Assembly: GCF_964213995.1 (NCBI RefSeq)
Contig: NW_027590144.1
Location: 1,116,001 to 1,180,000 of the forward strand
Source of the DNA: Mustelus asterias
Lineage: Eukaryota
Direction: 5' to 3'
DNA length: 64,000 nt
Shown piece by piece: positions 18,895-31,284 of this stretch. A program made the position numbers and the translations under genes. How positions within the stretch are numbered: the stretch's first letter is position 1; every line of letters begins with the position of its first letter. The notes under the pieces are model-generated. The model saw only the letters and a program-made list of their open reading frames with translations. It did no database searches and had not been told where the DNA came from.

Positions 18895-21818
18895 TGTGGC
18901 AGGGGGGTGGGGATCAAACTATTAGGTCTATAAGTGTGGTGGCTGGGGACGAGCTTGGGGCTGGGACAAGGCTGGCAAAGAAGAAGAGCACTCTGGGGGA
19001 GGACGACCTCACTGAGCCTGGGGGTCTGGAGTGCTTATACTTCAATGCAAGGAGCGTAGCAGGTAAAACAGACGAACTTGGGGCCTTAATGCGCACGAGG
19101 AATTTGGATGTGGTTGCGGTGACGGAGACTTGGTTGAAAGAGGGACAGGACTGGCAGCTGAATATTCCAGGGTACAAGTGTTTTAGACGAGACAGAGGAG
19201 GGGCCAAAAGAGGTGGGGGAGTAGCGGTATTGGTTGGAGAGCATATTACAGCGGTGCAGAGGGAGGACAATTCAGAGGAGTCGTGTAGCGAGTCACTCTG
19301 GGTGGAGCTTAGAAACAGGAAAGGCGCAGTCACTATGTTGGGGGTGTACTACAGGCCCCCCAACAGCCCAAGGGAAGTGGAAGAATGGATATGTCAGGAG
19401 ATACTGGATAGGTGCAGGAAATATAGGGTTGTTGTAGTGGGAGACTTCAATTTCCCTGGTATAGACTGGAAATCGCTGAGGGCAGGGACTCTGGATGGTG
19501 AGGCATTTGTAAAATGTGTACAGGAGGGTTCGTTGGAACAATATGTGGACAGCCCAACTAGAGAGGGGGCTATACTGGACCTGGTGCTGGGGAATGAACC
19601 CGGTCAGGTCTTCAAAGTTTTGGTCGGGGAACATGTGGCAAATAGTGACCACAATTCTGTTAGCTTTAGGATAGTGATGGAAAAGGATGAGTGGTGTCCC
19701 AAGGGTAAGGTGTTGGATTGGGGGAAGGCTAACTTTATTGGGATCAGGCAGAAATTGGCAGCTCTTGATTGGGAGAGGCTGTTTGAGGGTAAATCCACAT
19801 CTGGTATGTGGCAGTCTTTTAAGGAACGGTTGTTAGGGCTACAGGACAAGCATGTGCCTGTAAAAAAGAAGGATAGGAAGGGTAGGATTAGAGAACCGTG
19901 GATAACCAGGGAAATTGAGGGACTGGTCAAAAGGAAAAGAGAGGCGTATGTTAGGTCCAAGCAGCTAAAAACGGAGGGAGCTCTGGAGGAGTATAATGAA
20001 AGTAGGAAAATACTCAAACGGGGAATTAGAAGAGCAAAAAGGGGTCACGAAATGTTCTTGGCAGACAGGATTAAGGAGAATCCCAAGGCATTTTATTCAT
20101 ACGTTAGGAACAAAAGGGTTGTAAGGGAAAAAATCGGACCTCTCAGGGACAAAAGTGGGGACTTATGCTTGGAGCCCAAAGAGGTAGGGGAGATCCTAAA
20201 TGAATACTTTGCGTCGGTATTCACTAAGGAGAGGGATGTGTTGACTGGGAGTGTCTCGGAGGGGAGTGTTGAACCGTTGGAGAAAATCTCCATTACAAAG
20301 GAGGAAGTGTTAGGTTTGTTAGAGAATATAAAGACTGACAAATCCCCAGGGCCTGATGGAATCTATCCAAGGCTGCTCAGGGAGACGAGAGGTGAAATAG
20401 TTGGGCCTCTGACGCAAATCTTTGACTCGTCACTGGACACAGGTGAGGTCCCAGAGGATTGGAGGATAGCCAATGTGGTCCCGTTATTTAAGAAGGGTAG
20501 GAAGGATAACCCGGGTAATTATAGGCCGGTGAGCTTGACGTCCGTGGTGGGGAAGTTGTTGGAGAAGATTCTTAAAGATAGGATGTATGCGCATTTAGAA
20601 AGGAATAAACTCATTAACGATAGTCAACATGGTTTTGTGAGAGGGAGGTCATGCCTCACGAACCTGGTGGTGTTTTTTGAAGAAGTGACCAAAATGGTTG
20701 ACGAAGGAAGGGCCGTGGATGTTGTCTATATGGACTTTAGTAAAGCGTTTGACAAAGTCCCTCATGGTAGGCTAGTGAAAAAGGTTGGATCCCATGGGAT
20801 AAAGGGGGAGGTGGCTAGATGGGTGGAGAACTGGCTTGGTCATAGAAGACAGAGGGTGGTAGTGGAAGGGTCTTTTTCCGGCTGGAGGCCTGTGACTAGT
20901 GGTGTACCGCAGGGCTCTGTATTGGGACCTCTGCTGTTTGTGATTTATATAAATGATCTGGAAGAAGGAGTAACTGGGGTGATCAGTAAGTTTGCGGACG
21001 ACAAAAAACTGGCAGGACTTGCAGATAGTGAGGAACATTGTCAGAGGCTACAGAAGGATATAGATAGGCTGGAAATTTGGGCAAGGAAATGGCAGATGGA
21101 GTTCAATCCTGATAAATGCGAAGTGATGCATTTTGGTGGGAATAATGTAGGGAGGAGCTACACGATAAATGGAAGAACCATAAAGGGTGTAGAGACGCAG
21201 AGGGACCTGGGTGTGCAAGTCCACAGATCTTTGAAGGTGACGTCACAGGTGGAGAAGGTGGTGAAGAAGGCATATGGCATGCTTGCCTTTATAGGACGGG
21301 GCATAGAGTATAAAAGTTGGGGTCTGATGTTGCAGATGTATAGAACGTTGGTTCGGCCGCATTTGGAATACTGCGTCCAGTTCTGGTCGCCACACTACCA
21401 GAAGGACGTGGAGGCTTTGGAGAGAGTACAGAGGAGGTTTACCAGGATGTTGCCTGGTATGGAGGGGCTTGGTTATGAGGAGAGATTGGGGAAACTGGGG
21501 TTGTTCTCCTTGGAAAGACGGAGGATGAGGGGAGACTTAATAGAGGTGTATAAAATTATGAAAGGCATAGATAGGGTGAACGGTGGGAAGCTTTTCCCCG
21601 GGTCGGTGGTGACGTTCACGAGGGGTCATAGGTTCAAGGTGAAGGGGGGGAGATTTAACACAGATATCAGAAGGACATATTTCACACAGAGGGTCGTGGG
21701 GGCCTGGAATGTGTTGCCGGGCAAGGTGGTGGAGGCGGACACACTGGGAACGTTTAAGACTTATCTAGACAGCTATATGAACGGAGTGGGAATGGAGGGA
21801 TACAAAAGAGTGATCTAG
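18894..21818 (+). CDS. CR1 ORF2: APE endonuclease + reverse transcriptase (974 aa, open)
   Basis: YFNARS, VTETW, YYRPP, GDFN, SDH; PGPDG, DFSKAFD, PQGSVLGP, FADD; starts at a GTG overlapping the ORF1 stop. Confidence 0.95.
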   Translation: MWQGGGDQTIRSISVVAGDELGAGTRLAKKKSTLGEDDLTEPGGLECLYFNARSVAGKTDELGALMRTRNLDVVAVTETWLKEGQDWQLNIPGYKCFRRDRGGAKRGGGVAVLVGEHITAVQREDNSEESCSESLWVELRNRKGAVTMLGVYYRPPNSPREVEEWICQEILDRCRKYRVVVVGDFNFPGIDWKSLRAGTLDGEAFVKCVQEGSLEQYVDSPTREGAILDLVLGNEPGQVFKVLVGEHVANSDHNSVSFRIVMEKDEWCPKGKVLDWGKANFIGIRQKLAALDWERLFEGKSTSGMWQSFKERLLGLQDKHVPVKKKDRKGRIREPWITREIEGLVKRKREAYVRSKQLKTEGALEEYNESRKILKRGIRRAKRGHEMFLADRIKENPKAFYSYVRNKRVVREKIGPLRDKSGDLCLEPKEVGEILNEYFASVFTKERDVLTGSVSEGSVEPLEKISITKEEVLGLLENIKTDKSPGPDGIYPRLLRETRGEIVGPLTQIFDSSLDTGEVPEDWRIANVVPLFKKGRKDNPGNYRPVSLTSVVGKLLEKILKDRMYAHLERNKLINDSQHGFVRGRSCLTNLVVFFEEVTKMVDEGRAVDVVYMDFSKAFDKVPHGRLVKKVGSHGIKGEVARWVENWLGHRRQRVVVEGSFSGWRPVTSGVPQGSVLGPLLFVIYINDLEEGVTGVISKFADDKKLAGLADSEEHCQRLQKDIDRLEIWARKWQMEFNPDKCEVMHFGGNNVGRSYTINGRTIKGVETQRDLGVQVHRSLKVTSQVEKVVKKAYGMLAFIGRGIEYKSWGLMLQMYRTLVRPHLEYCVQFWSPHYQKDVEALERVQRRFTRMLPGMEGLGYEERLGKLGLFSLERRRMRGDLIEVYKIMKGIDRVNGGKLFPGSVVTFTRGHRFKVKGGRFNTDIRRTYFTQRVVGAWNVLPGKVVEADTLGTFKTYLDSYMNGVGMEGYKRVI

Positions 21819-22369
21819 TTTGGACCAGGGAGCGGCGCGGGCTAATTGTTCCTGGTTTCTCGTTTCAAGGCTTCATTCTACGATCATCTTGCTGGTGCCA
21901 GTACAGAGTGAGACTGCGGATAGTTGGGAACCTGTCTCGGGGGCAGGGGATTCATATGGTGTTCGTGGAAGTGGAAATGACTCGGGTTGGGAAGCATTTT
22001 CCGATCGGGGCCATTGTGATCTCCTGGACTCGTTTTGATCGCCTCAGGGGGTCGGAGAGGAATTTCCCAGATTTTTTTTTCCCCATATTGGCCCTGGGGT
22101 TTTTCACTCTGGGTTTTCGCCTCTCCCTGGAGATCACATGGTCTGGAATGGGGGGGTGGGGGTAAGTTAATAGGTTGTAATGAACAAAGCATCGTAGCTG
22201 TGAGGGACAGCTCGGTGGATAGGATATTGGTATGTAGATAGGCTGGAAAATTGGGCGGGGATCCTGGATTCAGGATTCAATCCTGGACCGGGGAGCGGCG
22301 CGGGCTTGGAGGGCCGAAGGGCCTGTTCCTGTGCTGTATTGTTCTTTGTTCTTTGTTCTTTGTTCTTTG

Positions 22370-23500
22370 ATCCCTGAGGAATGCCACTTGTCACAGCCCT
22401 CCATTCAGAAACGCACCACCCTCTGTCTTCTTTGACCGAGTCAGTTTTGTATCCACCTTGCCAGCTCAACTCTGATCCCATGCGACTTCTTCTGCACCAG
22501 TCTACCATGAGGGACCTTGTCAAAGGCCTGAGTGAAGTCCATGTAGACAACATCCACTGCCCTACCCTCATCAATCATCTTCATCACTTCCCCAAAAACT
22601 CGACCAAGTTCGTGAGACACGATCTCCCCTTCACAAAACCATGTTGCCTTTCACGAATACATCCACTTATTTCCAAGTGGGAATAAATCCTGTCTCAAAG
22701 AATCCTCTCCAATAATTTCCCTATCACTGATGTAAGGCTCACCGGCCTGTAATTACCTGGATTATTCTTGCTCCCCTTCTTAAACAAAGAAACAACATTG
22801 GCTATTCTCCAATCCTCTGGGACCTCCCCTGTCGCCAGTAAGGATAGAAATATTTCTCTCAAGACCCCAGCAATTTCCTCTCTTGCCTCTCTCAGTATTC
22901 TGGGGTATATCCCATCAGGCCCTCGGGACTTGTCTACCTTAATGTTTCTCAAGAACCCCAATACCGCCTCCTTTTTGATCTCAACATGACTCAAACTATC
23001 TACACATCCTTTCCCAGACTCATCATCCACCAAGTCCTTCTCTTTGGTGAATACTGACGCAAAGTACTCATTTATTACCTCACTCATTTCCTCTGGCTCC
23101 GCGCATAGATTCCCTCCCTTGTCCTTGAGTGGGCCAACCCTCTCCCTGGCTACCTTCTTGCTCTTTATATATGTATAAAAAGCCTTGGGATTTTCCTTAA
23201 TCCTGCTGGCCAATGCTTTTTCGTGACCCCTTTTAGCCCTCCTTACTCCTTGCTTAAGTTTCTTTCTACTTTCCTTGTATTCGACACTTGCTTCATGTGT
23301 TCCCAGTCTCCTAGCTTTGACAAATGTTTCGTTTTTCTCTTTGACGAGGCTCACAATATCTCTCGTTATCCAAGGTTCCCAAAACTTGCCATACTTATCC
23401 TTCATCCTTACAGGAATGTGCCGGTCCTGAATCCCTATCAGCTTACACTTGAAAGCCTCCCACATGCCAGATGTTGATTTGCCCTCAAACATCTGCCCCA
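22370..23500 (-). mobile_element. CR1 LINE, 5' part of the split element
   Basis: ORFs 22167-22574 and 22695-23501 are CR1 ORF2 segments. Confidence 0.9.
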
Positions 23501-24198
23501 TCTAGTAGCTATTTATTAGCTACCAGTCATTAACAGATGAGAAAGTCATGAGCCTTAATTGAGTTATAGTTAATCAATGAATCAGTAGTCATAGTAAAAG
23601 ATTGAGTTTTATTTGCTGTAAAAATGTAAAAGCTTAATTGCTTTATATGTAAAGATTGTGCAATGAGGATAAATGTACTGGCGAGAGAGATCTTCAAGCT
23701 CTGACTCGCCTCAACATTTGAAACTGTGTGAATAAGGGATGGTTTAGAATCAGCTAAAGGGATAGCATGAAACAGTTCTATTGTATTCCTGTCTAAGATA
23801 ATGAGAGAAAGTGGTGTCAGTAATTGAGGATCCAGTTAAATTAATCTCGTGATCAAATTGGCCAATTGTCATGATACAACAGGCCCAACTCTGACGTGAG
23901 ATAATGGTCACTTTGTGGATAAAAGTAGAGGTTCCGAAGGTCTTCCTTGCGAGCCAAATACTGAAAACTCCCGAGGCTGAGTTCCAAGGAAATTACTGTC
24001 AGAGAAGGAGCCAGACTCCCGAGACTGAATTCCACAAGAATTCCTGTGAAAGAAGGAGCCAGAGAGGGTTACGCTTCTACGGACCGATCACCTGCATGAA
24101 GTTGTAAAAGTCAATGTCCTAAAGTTGTTCAGTAAAACTTTTTCATTCAATAAACTTCTTTTTAAATTTACTATCCAGAGAATTCTGCTTTTACCACA
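23501..24198 (+). mobile_element. Possible solo-LTR-like fragment with an internal ~47-bp tandem duplication (23968-24063)
   Basis: AATAAA ~45 nt before a ...ACCACA end; homology to the paralogous block at 51600 begins only after 24200. Confidence 0.3.
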
Positions 24199-24649
24199 AA
24201 GAGGGCAGGGAACAGGCTACAGATGAATTAAAGAGAAACCATTTGTGTCCAGAACGTTGTGAACATCCTTTTACTCTGGTTGTCTTTGATCCTCAAGTCA
24301 TTTTCTGTTTGTTTTAACCATGTTCTGTTTCATTAATAAACTTTTATCAGTAAAATATTTGACTTTTCTGGACTTTTCCTGATGAGATTGATGCACTTTA
24401 GGGAAAGTGGGTGAGAGGGGTTGGCAGGCTCTTTAACAGAAAGTCATCCCTCAAAGGTACTTGGCAAAGGAGCCAGAGGGGGAGATGAGATTTTATTTTA
24501 TATTTTTGACACAGCGAGTTGTTCTGATCTGCCTGAAAGCAGATTCAATAGAATCTTTCCAAAGGGTAAAGACTTGAAAGGGAAGAATTTGCAGGACTGT
24601 GGGGACAGATCAGAGTGGTAGGATGAATCAGAGAGTCCTTTCAAAGAGA

Positions 24650-25240
24650 TAGAACATAGAACATAGAACATTACAGCGCAGAACAGGCCCTTCGGCCCAC
24701 GATGTTGCACCGACCAGTAAAAAAAAAAACTGTGACCCTCCAACCTAAACCAATTTCTTTTCGTCCATGAACCTATCTACGGATCTCTTAAACGCCCCCA
24801 AACTAGGCGCATTTACTACTGATGCTGGCAGGGCATTCCAATCCCTCACCACCCTCTGGGTAAAGAACCTACCCCTGACATCGGTTCTATAACTACCCCC
24901 CCTCAATTTAAAGCCATGCCCCCTCGTGCTGGATTTCTCCATCAGAGGAAAAAGGCTATCACTATCCACCCTATCTAAACCTCTAATCATCTTATATGTT
25001 TCAATAAGATCCCCTCTTAGCCGCCGCCTTTCCAGCGAAAACAATCCCAAATCCCTCAGCCTCTCCTCATAGGATCTCCCCTCCATACCAGGCAACATCC
25101 TGGTAAACCTCCTCTGCACCCTCTCCAAAGCCTCCACATCCTTCCTGTAATGTGGGGACCAGAACTGCACACAGTACTCCAAGTGCGGCCGCACCAGAGT
25201 TGTGTACAGTTGCAACATAACGCTACGACTCCTAAATTCA
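24650..25240 (-). mobile_element. Short CR1 3' fragment, nearly identical to 8357-8951
   Basis: Identical translated sequence RSRSVMLQLY...FMDEKKLV; same tail. Confidence 0.93.
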
Positions 25241-28200
25241 GATAGCAGGGACATGATGGGCTGAATGGACTCCTGCAGCCTGTCAATCTCAGCCTCCTGC
25301 TTTTGTGCAGGTTAGAAGGGACAGATTTCAGTGCAGCCTCTCCCCTGTATATGTATTTAAAGAGACAGGTTTCTCTTTAGCTCTGAGTGACTGATATAAC
25401 AATTGGTTGGAGGCCCATTTCCCAGTCAGTCCTCCAGCACCTTCCTGTCTCTCTATCAGTGCGACGCCCAGGGCAGTTTCTCAACTGGGGCGCAGGCCCC
25501 ATTATTCTCAGCTAAATTCAGCCCTCAGCTCCGTCTCCTGGCTGTCATTGACACGAGCAATAGAGAGACAGAAAGATGCCCCAGGCTCAAATGGGAAATC
25601 AAAACGTGTGGCTTTAAATGAACTGTTAGGATCTCTGTAACGATCAACAATTTTTTAAAAAATGAATTCTAAACCCAGTAAGTAAAGAATCACACGACAA
25701 AGCTTCAAGTTTATGGCGTTGACTCTAACAAACTGGAGGCAACAATGACTAAACACCTTTTTGAAGGGAACATAGCCCTTGAACTGTAAAATTAACCTTG
25801 CCGTTTTACTCTTAACACAATCAAATATCCACTCAATGGATATATTTTACCCTGCCTTGGAATGTTGACACTCTTTCTCCAAAAACTAGCCCAAAGTGAT
25901 TCTTCAAGGCGAATCTTCCAGCCTTGTTTCACAATTCTCAGGAATTTGTGACCAACATTCAACATCGGAGCAGAAGTCGGCCATTTGGCCGTTTGAGTCT
26001 GCTCCACCGTTTATTTAGATCATGGCTGATCTGTTTGTGTTGAGTTCCACATTCCCGTTCTACACCCGATATTTTTGATTCCCATACCCAACAAGAATTG
26101 GTATAAAGGCAAAATTCTGTTGTTGTTGAATCTGAAACAAAAACAGAAAATGCTGGACAATCTCAGCAAGTCTGACAGCATCTGTAAAGAGAGAATAGAG
26201 ACAACATTTTGAGTCAGGATAACCCTTTGTCAGAGGTGAAGACAAGAAAAATCGGACAAAATTTATCCTGTGAGGGTCAAGAATTGGGAAGCAATCTATT
26301 AAACCTCCTCTGAACCACTTTCAATACATTTGTATCATTTCTTAAATAGGAGACAAAGCTGCACCGAGTATTCAAGATGCAGTCTCAGCAACGCTCTGTA
26401 TAACTGAAGCAGAACATCTTTACTTCTATGTTCACTTTCTCTCATACAAATGGAATGCAATCCTTTATTAAGAACTTTGATTTATTTGAACTAAGATTTA
26501 TGGGGGTTCTCTTGTTTACAAAAACCTCCCTAATCGTAAATCACACCAGGTTCCAGTGTCTTAACCATATGGCAAGAAAGAACACTTTAAATTGTGAATT
26601 CAGAAAGTTTATTAATTATTAAAAACGTAACAAGTCAGAAAGATAAAAAACAGAGTGTCGATTAACAGTTAATAGAGAAAGTTTAACATTAACAATTGAA
26701 CAGACTTCTCTCCATCCCTCTCAGACCAGGACATGAAGTGACGGCTCCAAAAACGTGGATAACTTGTAAAACCAACAGCTCTCCACACCTCTCTGTAAAC
26801 ATATCTCCCTCCACCTCTCTCTACCAAATTGCCTTCTCAAGACCACTTTTTTATACTTTAAAAATGTCAAAAGCCCATCTTAGCCAATTCCCATAAATCT
26901 TCAATTATAAACTAAAATAGACACGAGTTTTCAGGCGATTTAAAAACAAATGAACTGTCTGCTGAAAGGGTTAACTTTTCTACAGAACCTAAAGGGATGG
27001 GGAGTGAGCAGCAAAAACTTGGCACACAATTACATCACTTTCCACAAGTTTAAAAAAATTCTCTAACAAAACAAACTTGATTTTAAACTTCATCTATTAA
27101 GTGTTTTTGTCATATTTCTCAACATAATTATTTTAATTTGATCAGTTTTTGTTGGGGATGGGTAACTTCTGTTCTTTATAAACTGATTCACTCATTTTGT
27201 TTATTCTACATGGGCTCGGAGAATCAGAACCCAGACTTTATCATCCTTATCCTTTTTCCCCTTTTGCCACCACTCCCTCTGTTTTGATTAAACATTTTAT
27301 CGTAAAAGTGAAATACTGCAGATGCTGGAATCTGAAACAAAAACAGAAAATGCCGGAACATGGTCTGACGGTATCTGCGGAGAGAGAATAGAGCCAATGA
27401 TTCGAGTCTGGATGTCCCTTCATAAGAGCTCCTATGAAGTGTCATCCAGACTCAAAACGTCGGCTCTATTCTCTTATCATTGTATCGATAAGTTTCTTGT
27501 TCTTAGTTTCCAAATGGCAGGTAAGAGACCTGTCCAGTCCCCACTTGAGCTCTGATTTGTCACTGGCCATGCTTGGGTAAGATTATAACCATTAGAATCT
27601 ACTCTCAGAGGCCCACTTTTCAGTCCAGTGTTACTTGGAGTATACCGTCACTTCACCGACTATTGGGTCACAAATCCCTCATAGTTCTTATCACAAATTT
27701 AGGATAAATTAATTTAAAGAATGCCTGAGAACGCTTTTTAATTTCTTAACCAACTACCTACCACTGTTTGTTGATTGGTCAGACCTCCTTTTCACAGATT
27801 CGGGAATCTCAGCCACTGAACACCAGCCGGTCCTGGAATAAATTTCACTCGAACTCATTCTGAGTAAATATTCTCACCAGGTCCTCTGTTGGGGCCCTGC
27901 TAAGCAGCTTTAATGGTCCGTGATTGCAGAAACTGAGCAGTCACAGGAATGTGGTCAAAATAGTCCAGTCCTATAATCTGCAGTCCTTCAGGTATAACAG
28001 GATATGTGGCTGTATGTAGCTGCCTTCTTGAACTGCTCCAATGCCTGAGGTGTAAGTACACCCACAGTGCTGTTAGGGAGCGATTTCCAGCTACACATTC
28101 CAGACTTTCACTAGACTGTAGGTGGATATCAGATTGATATATTCCATTCAACCACACCCAAGGTGAGTTATTCCAATTCCTTTATTGTCCAGGACAATAT

Positions 28201-28845
28201 ATTCACAATATCTTTAAAACAGAAATTAAACATTCCCATTTGATTTCAGGTATTAACATATTCTGTTAGTTTGTTCTTTATTGTCGATGTCAGGTTGGGG
28301 TTGTTCCTCTTGGAGCAAAGGAGGTTGAGGGGAGATTTGATAGAGGTGGACAAGATTCTGACAGGTTTAGATAAGGTGGACAAAGAAAAGCTGTTCCCAT
28401 TAGCTGAAGGGACAAGGACGAGGGGGAATCAGATTTAAAGTTTCGGGTCAGAGATGCAGGGGGGGACGCGAAGAAGAATATTTTGATGCAGCGAATGGTA
28501 ATGAGCTGGAACTCGCTGCCTACAAGGGTGGAGGAAGTGGAGACAATAAACAATTACAAAGGAAATTGGATGGGCATTTGGAGGGTTTCAAACAGAAATG
28601 TTGACTAAATATCTCTGAACTTCCTAACACCCTGTCACTCTGTGATCCGTGTGAAATTTGAAACCAGGTATTCGCAACAAGACTCAAAGAGCATCAGCCC
28701 ACTGGAGGCAAAGTCATGAGACCAGCTAGTCCAGCAGAAAGAAACCCTCCGACCCTCCCCATTGACCAACTGTGAGAATGAACAAAATGCAGTCCTGGAT
28801 GTAATTGAGAGCAGAAACAATAACAGCAGAATCCAACCCCTGGAA

Positions 28846-29511
28846 TCACTCGTGAACTTGTTGGTGTCTCAACAGGTGGGATGAAACTCTGAATCCCTTC
28901 CCAAAGGTGAATGGCCTGTCTTCAGTGTGAACTCGCTGGTGTCTCTGCAAGTCAGATGATTGAGTGAATCCCTTCCCACACTGAGAGCAGGTGAACGGTC
29001 TTTTCCCAGTGTGAAACTGCTGGTGTCTGTTCAGGTCGGATGACTGAGGAAATCCCTTCCCACACTGAGAGCAGGTGAATGGCCTCTCCCCAGTGTGAAC
29101 TCGCTGGTGTGACTGCAGGTGAGATGACCGAGTGAATCCCTTCCCACACTGAGAGCAGGTGAATGGCCTCTCCCCAGTGTGAACTCGCTGGTGTACCCGC
29201 AGGTCAGATGACCAAGTGAATCCTTTCCCACACTGAGAGCAGGTGAATGGCCTCTCCCCTGTGTGAACTCGCTCGTGTGTCCGCAGGTCAGATGGCCAAG
29301 GGAATCCCTTCCCACACTGAGAGCAGATGTACGGCCTCTCCCCAGTGTGAACTCGCTCGTGTGTCCGCAGGCCGGATAACTGAGTGAATCCCTTCTCACA
29401 CTGAGAGCAGGTGAACGGCCTCTCCCCAGTGTGGCTGCGCCGATGAGCTTCCAGCAGGGATGGGGCTCTGTATCCCTTCCCACAGTCTGCACATTTCCAT
29501 GGTTTCTCCAT
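28846..29511 (-). CDS. ZNF-B: C2H2 zinc-finger protein, 7 fingers plus a last finger lacking CxxC
   Basis: MEKPWKC start shared with paralogs; homogeneous [10 protein letters not shown] fingers. Confidence 0.88.
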   Translation of the reverse strand: MEKPWKCADCGKGYRAPSLLEAHRRSHTGERPFTCSQCEKGFTQLSGLRTHERVHTGERPYICSQCGKGFPWPSDLRTHERVHTGERPFTCSQCGKGFTWSSDLRVHQRVHTGERPFTCSQCGKGFTRSSHLQSHQRVHTGERPFTCSQCGKGFPQSSDLNRHQQFHTGKRPFTCSQCGKGFTQSSDLQRHQRVHTEDRPFTFGKGFRVSSHLLRHQQVHE

Positions 29512-30283
29512 GGTGCAAGTGTCCTTGCCTCTCGCTTGGGTGGACAATCAGTTGAAGCCTCGTCCTCACACAGAACATGTATACAGTCTCTCTCCGCTGT
29601 GAATGGTGTGATATTTATTCAGGCTGTGTAACTGGTTAAAGCTCTTTAGACAGTGCACTGGAACACTCTCACTCGACTGTGGCAGTGTGTTTGTGCTTTT
29701 CGAATCACACTGATATTTGAATTCTTTTCAAATCAACAGACCAGACAATCATTTCTCCTTCTGGATCCAACAGCCGATGATATTCATGTCCCAGGGAATA
29801 TGACTCTGTTAGATCTGGACATGATGTATGAGATTTCAGCCTGTGATTCCTCTTTCAATATCCTGTAAAACGAGTTTACAAAAGGTATCATTGTCAGTAC
29901 AGGTTAGAAATTTAGAGGCCAATTCTAATTTCTGTGGAACATTCTTTCCTCTCTCATTCCCCAAAAGCTGTGAATCTCCATCCCACACACTCTCCCTCCA
30001 TTCTCACACTGCTGTATCTAATATGCACCCTCCCAATTCTCCTGAAGGTGCTGATTGAGGCTGATTGACAGATCCATGCTCACTGCTTCCTGTCCTGGAC
30101 ACAGGGAGCTGAAAATCATCAAGCTGACAACCATGTTAAAGTTTTACATTTGGACATAAGTGAGCAGATTGATGATGTATGTATTACCTGGTTACAGATA
30201 TGAAGAATGTGAGGAGGATTATTATTTTGGCAGCGAGTGGTGACTTGGAAGTTAAAAATTGAAGCCCAGAGTTTCGTACTCCT

Positions 30284-30572
30284 CACAGCACCAGGGACCC
30301 GGTTCAATTCCCGGCTTGGGTCACTGTCTGTGTGGAGTTTGCACGTTCTCCCCATGTCTGCGTGGGTTTCCTCCGGGTGCTCCGGTTTCCTCCCACAAGT
30401 CCAAAGATGTGCGGGTTCGGTGGATTGGCCATGATAAATTGCCCCTTAGTGTCAGGAGGATTAGCAAAGTAAATATGTGGGGTTACAGGAATAAGGCCTG
30501 GATGTGATTGTGGTCGGTGCAGACCTGATGGGCCGAATGGCCTCCTTCTGCACTGTCGGGATTTTATTCTAT
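30284..30572 (+). mobile_element. HE1/V-SINE-like SINE, 5' truncated, in ZNF-B intron 1
   Basis: Paralogous to 15306-15634. Confidence 0.85.
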
Positions 30573-30629
30573 GAATGAGAAAAGCAATGGAAAGGGGGAG
30601 AAAAGAAAGTGTTTTACTCACAGATGTTG

Positions 30630-30733
30630 CCTCTTTTCAGGCCAAACCAAATAAACAAACTGAAGTTAAATCAGTAAACAGACTAGACAGTGCAAAGTTA
30701 CTGCCGTGACTCGGATTCGAACCGAGGTTGCTG
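30630..30733 (-). mobile_element. Candidate Tx1-mobilised SINE: tRNA-His 3' half (30702-30733) + spacer + Tx1-like 3' tail (30630-30674)
   Basis: RC CAGCAACCTCGGTTCGAATCCGAGTCACGGCA matches the 3' 32 nt of vertebrate tRNA-His-GTG; tail is 40/45 identical to the Tx1 terminus at 559-603. Confidence 0.75.
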
Positions 30734-31190
30734 GAGGAAGTTTGAGTCTGTCTGAAGCTGAATCTTCACTCAGAGGGAGAGGAGCAGAACCAACAACAAT
30801 GAAGGAAGCTTCACGCAGCCATTAACACAAGGCCCGGTCTCCGATTGGCTGAAGGACCAGCACCCATCCGGTCCTCCACGGGTTACCATTGGTCAATCCG
30901 CCGCATGTGGACAATGAGGGGGCGGAACCCGAGCCCACGTGGGGGTGGGCGGGGCTTTGCCCGCCAGCCGCGCTGAGCTGGTGTCCAATCCGCAGTATGC
31001 TCCTTCTGTAACCAGTGATATTGCTGCCAATGGGACACTGTGTGCTGGGAACGCCCCTCTGAGTCATTGTGACGGCACAATGGAGCCCTGTCTGAATCAG
31101 CCAATAGCAATCACTCTGCTCCGCGGTGACGTCTCCGGGTTCAGGCGTGCGGACCCGGGAGCCCCGCCCCCACCCATTGTTCCCCCAGTC
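30734..31190. promoter_or_regulatory. Bidirectional ZNF promoter P2 (between ZNF-B and ZNF-C)
   Basis: CCAAT, GC boxes and CACGTG block homologous to 7640-7790. Confidence 0.65.
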
Positions 31191-31284
31191 TGTACATTCC
31201 ACACATTGTTAGTCCAGTCAGATAGACATAGATCTGTCTGGCAGCCTGCATGGAGATTTCCAGCTCTCTGTGTCCAGGACAGGA

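Larger units (their letters stand above)
18089..22369 (+). mobile_element. Near-full-length CR1 LINE nested antisense in an older CR1
   Basis: ORF1 C-terminus + intact ORF2 + 3'UTR with (TTCTTTG)n tail. Confidence 0.93.

Noticed and set aside
25638-27125. Additional LTR-like pieces here and at ~49780-50270 and ~54095-54330
   Set aside because: Only weak TG...CA/poly(A)-signal hints; no paired LTR, TSD or coding support
30702-30733. LTR primer-binding site or a true tRNA-His gene
   Set aside because: 32 nt long, no CCA complement, no adjacent LTR, and the 5' half of the tRNA is missing
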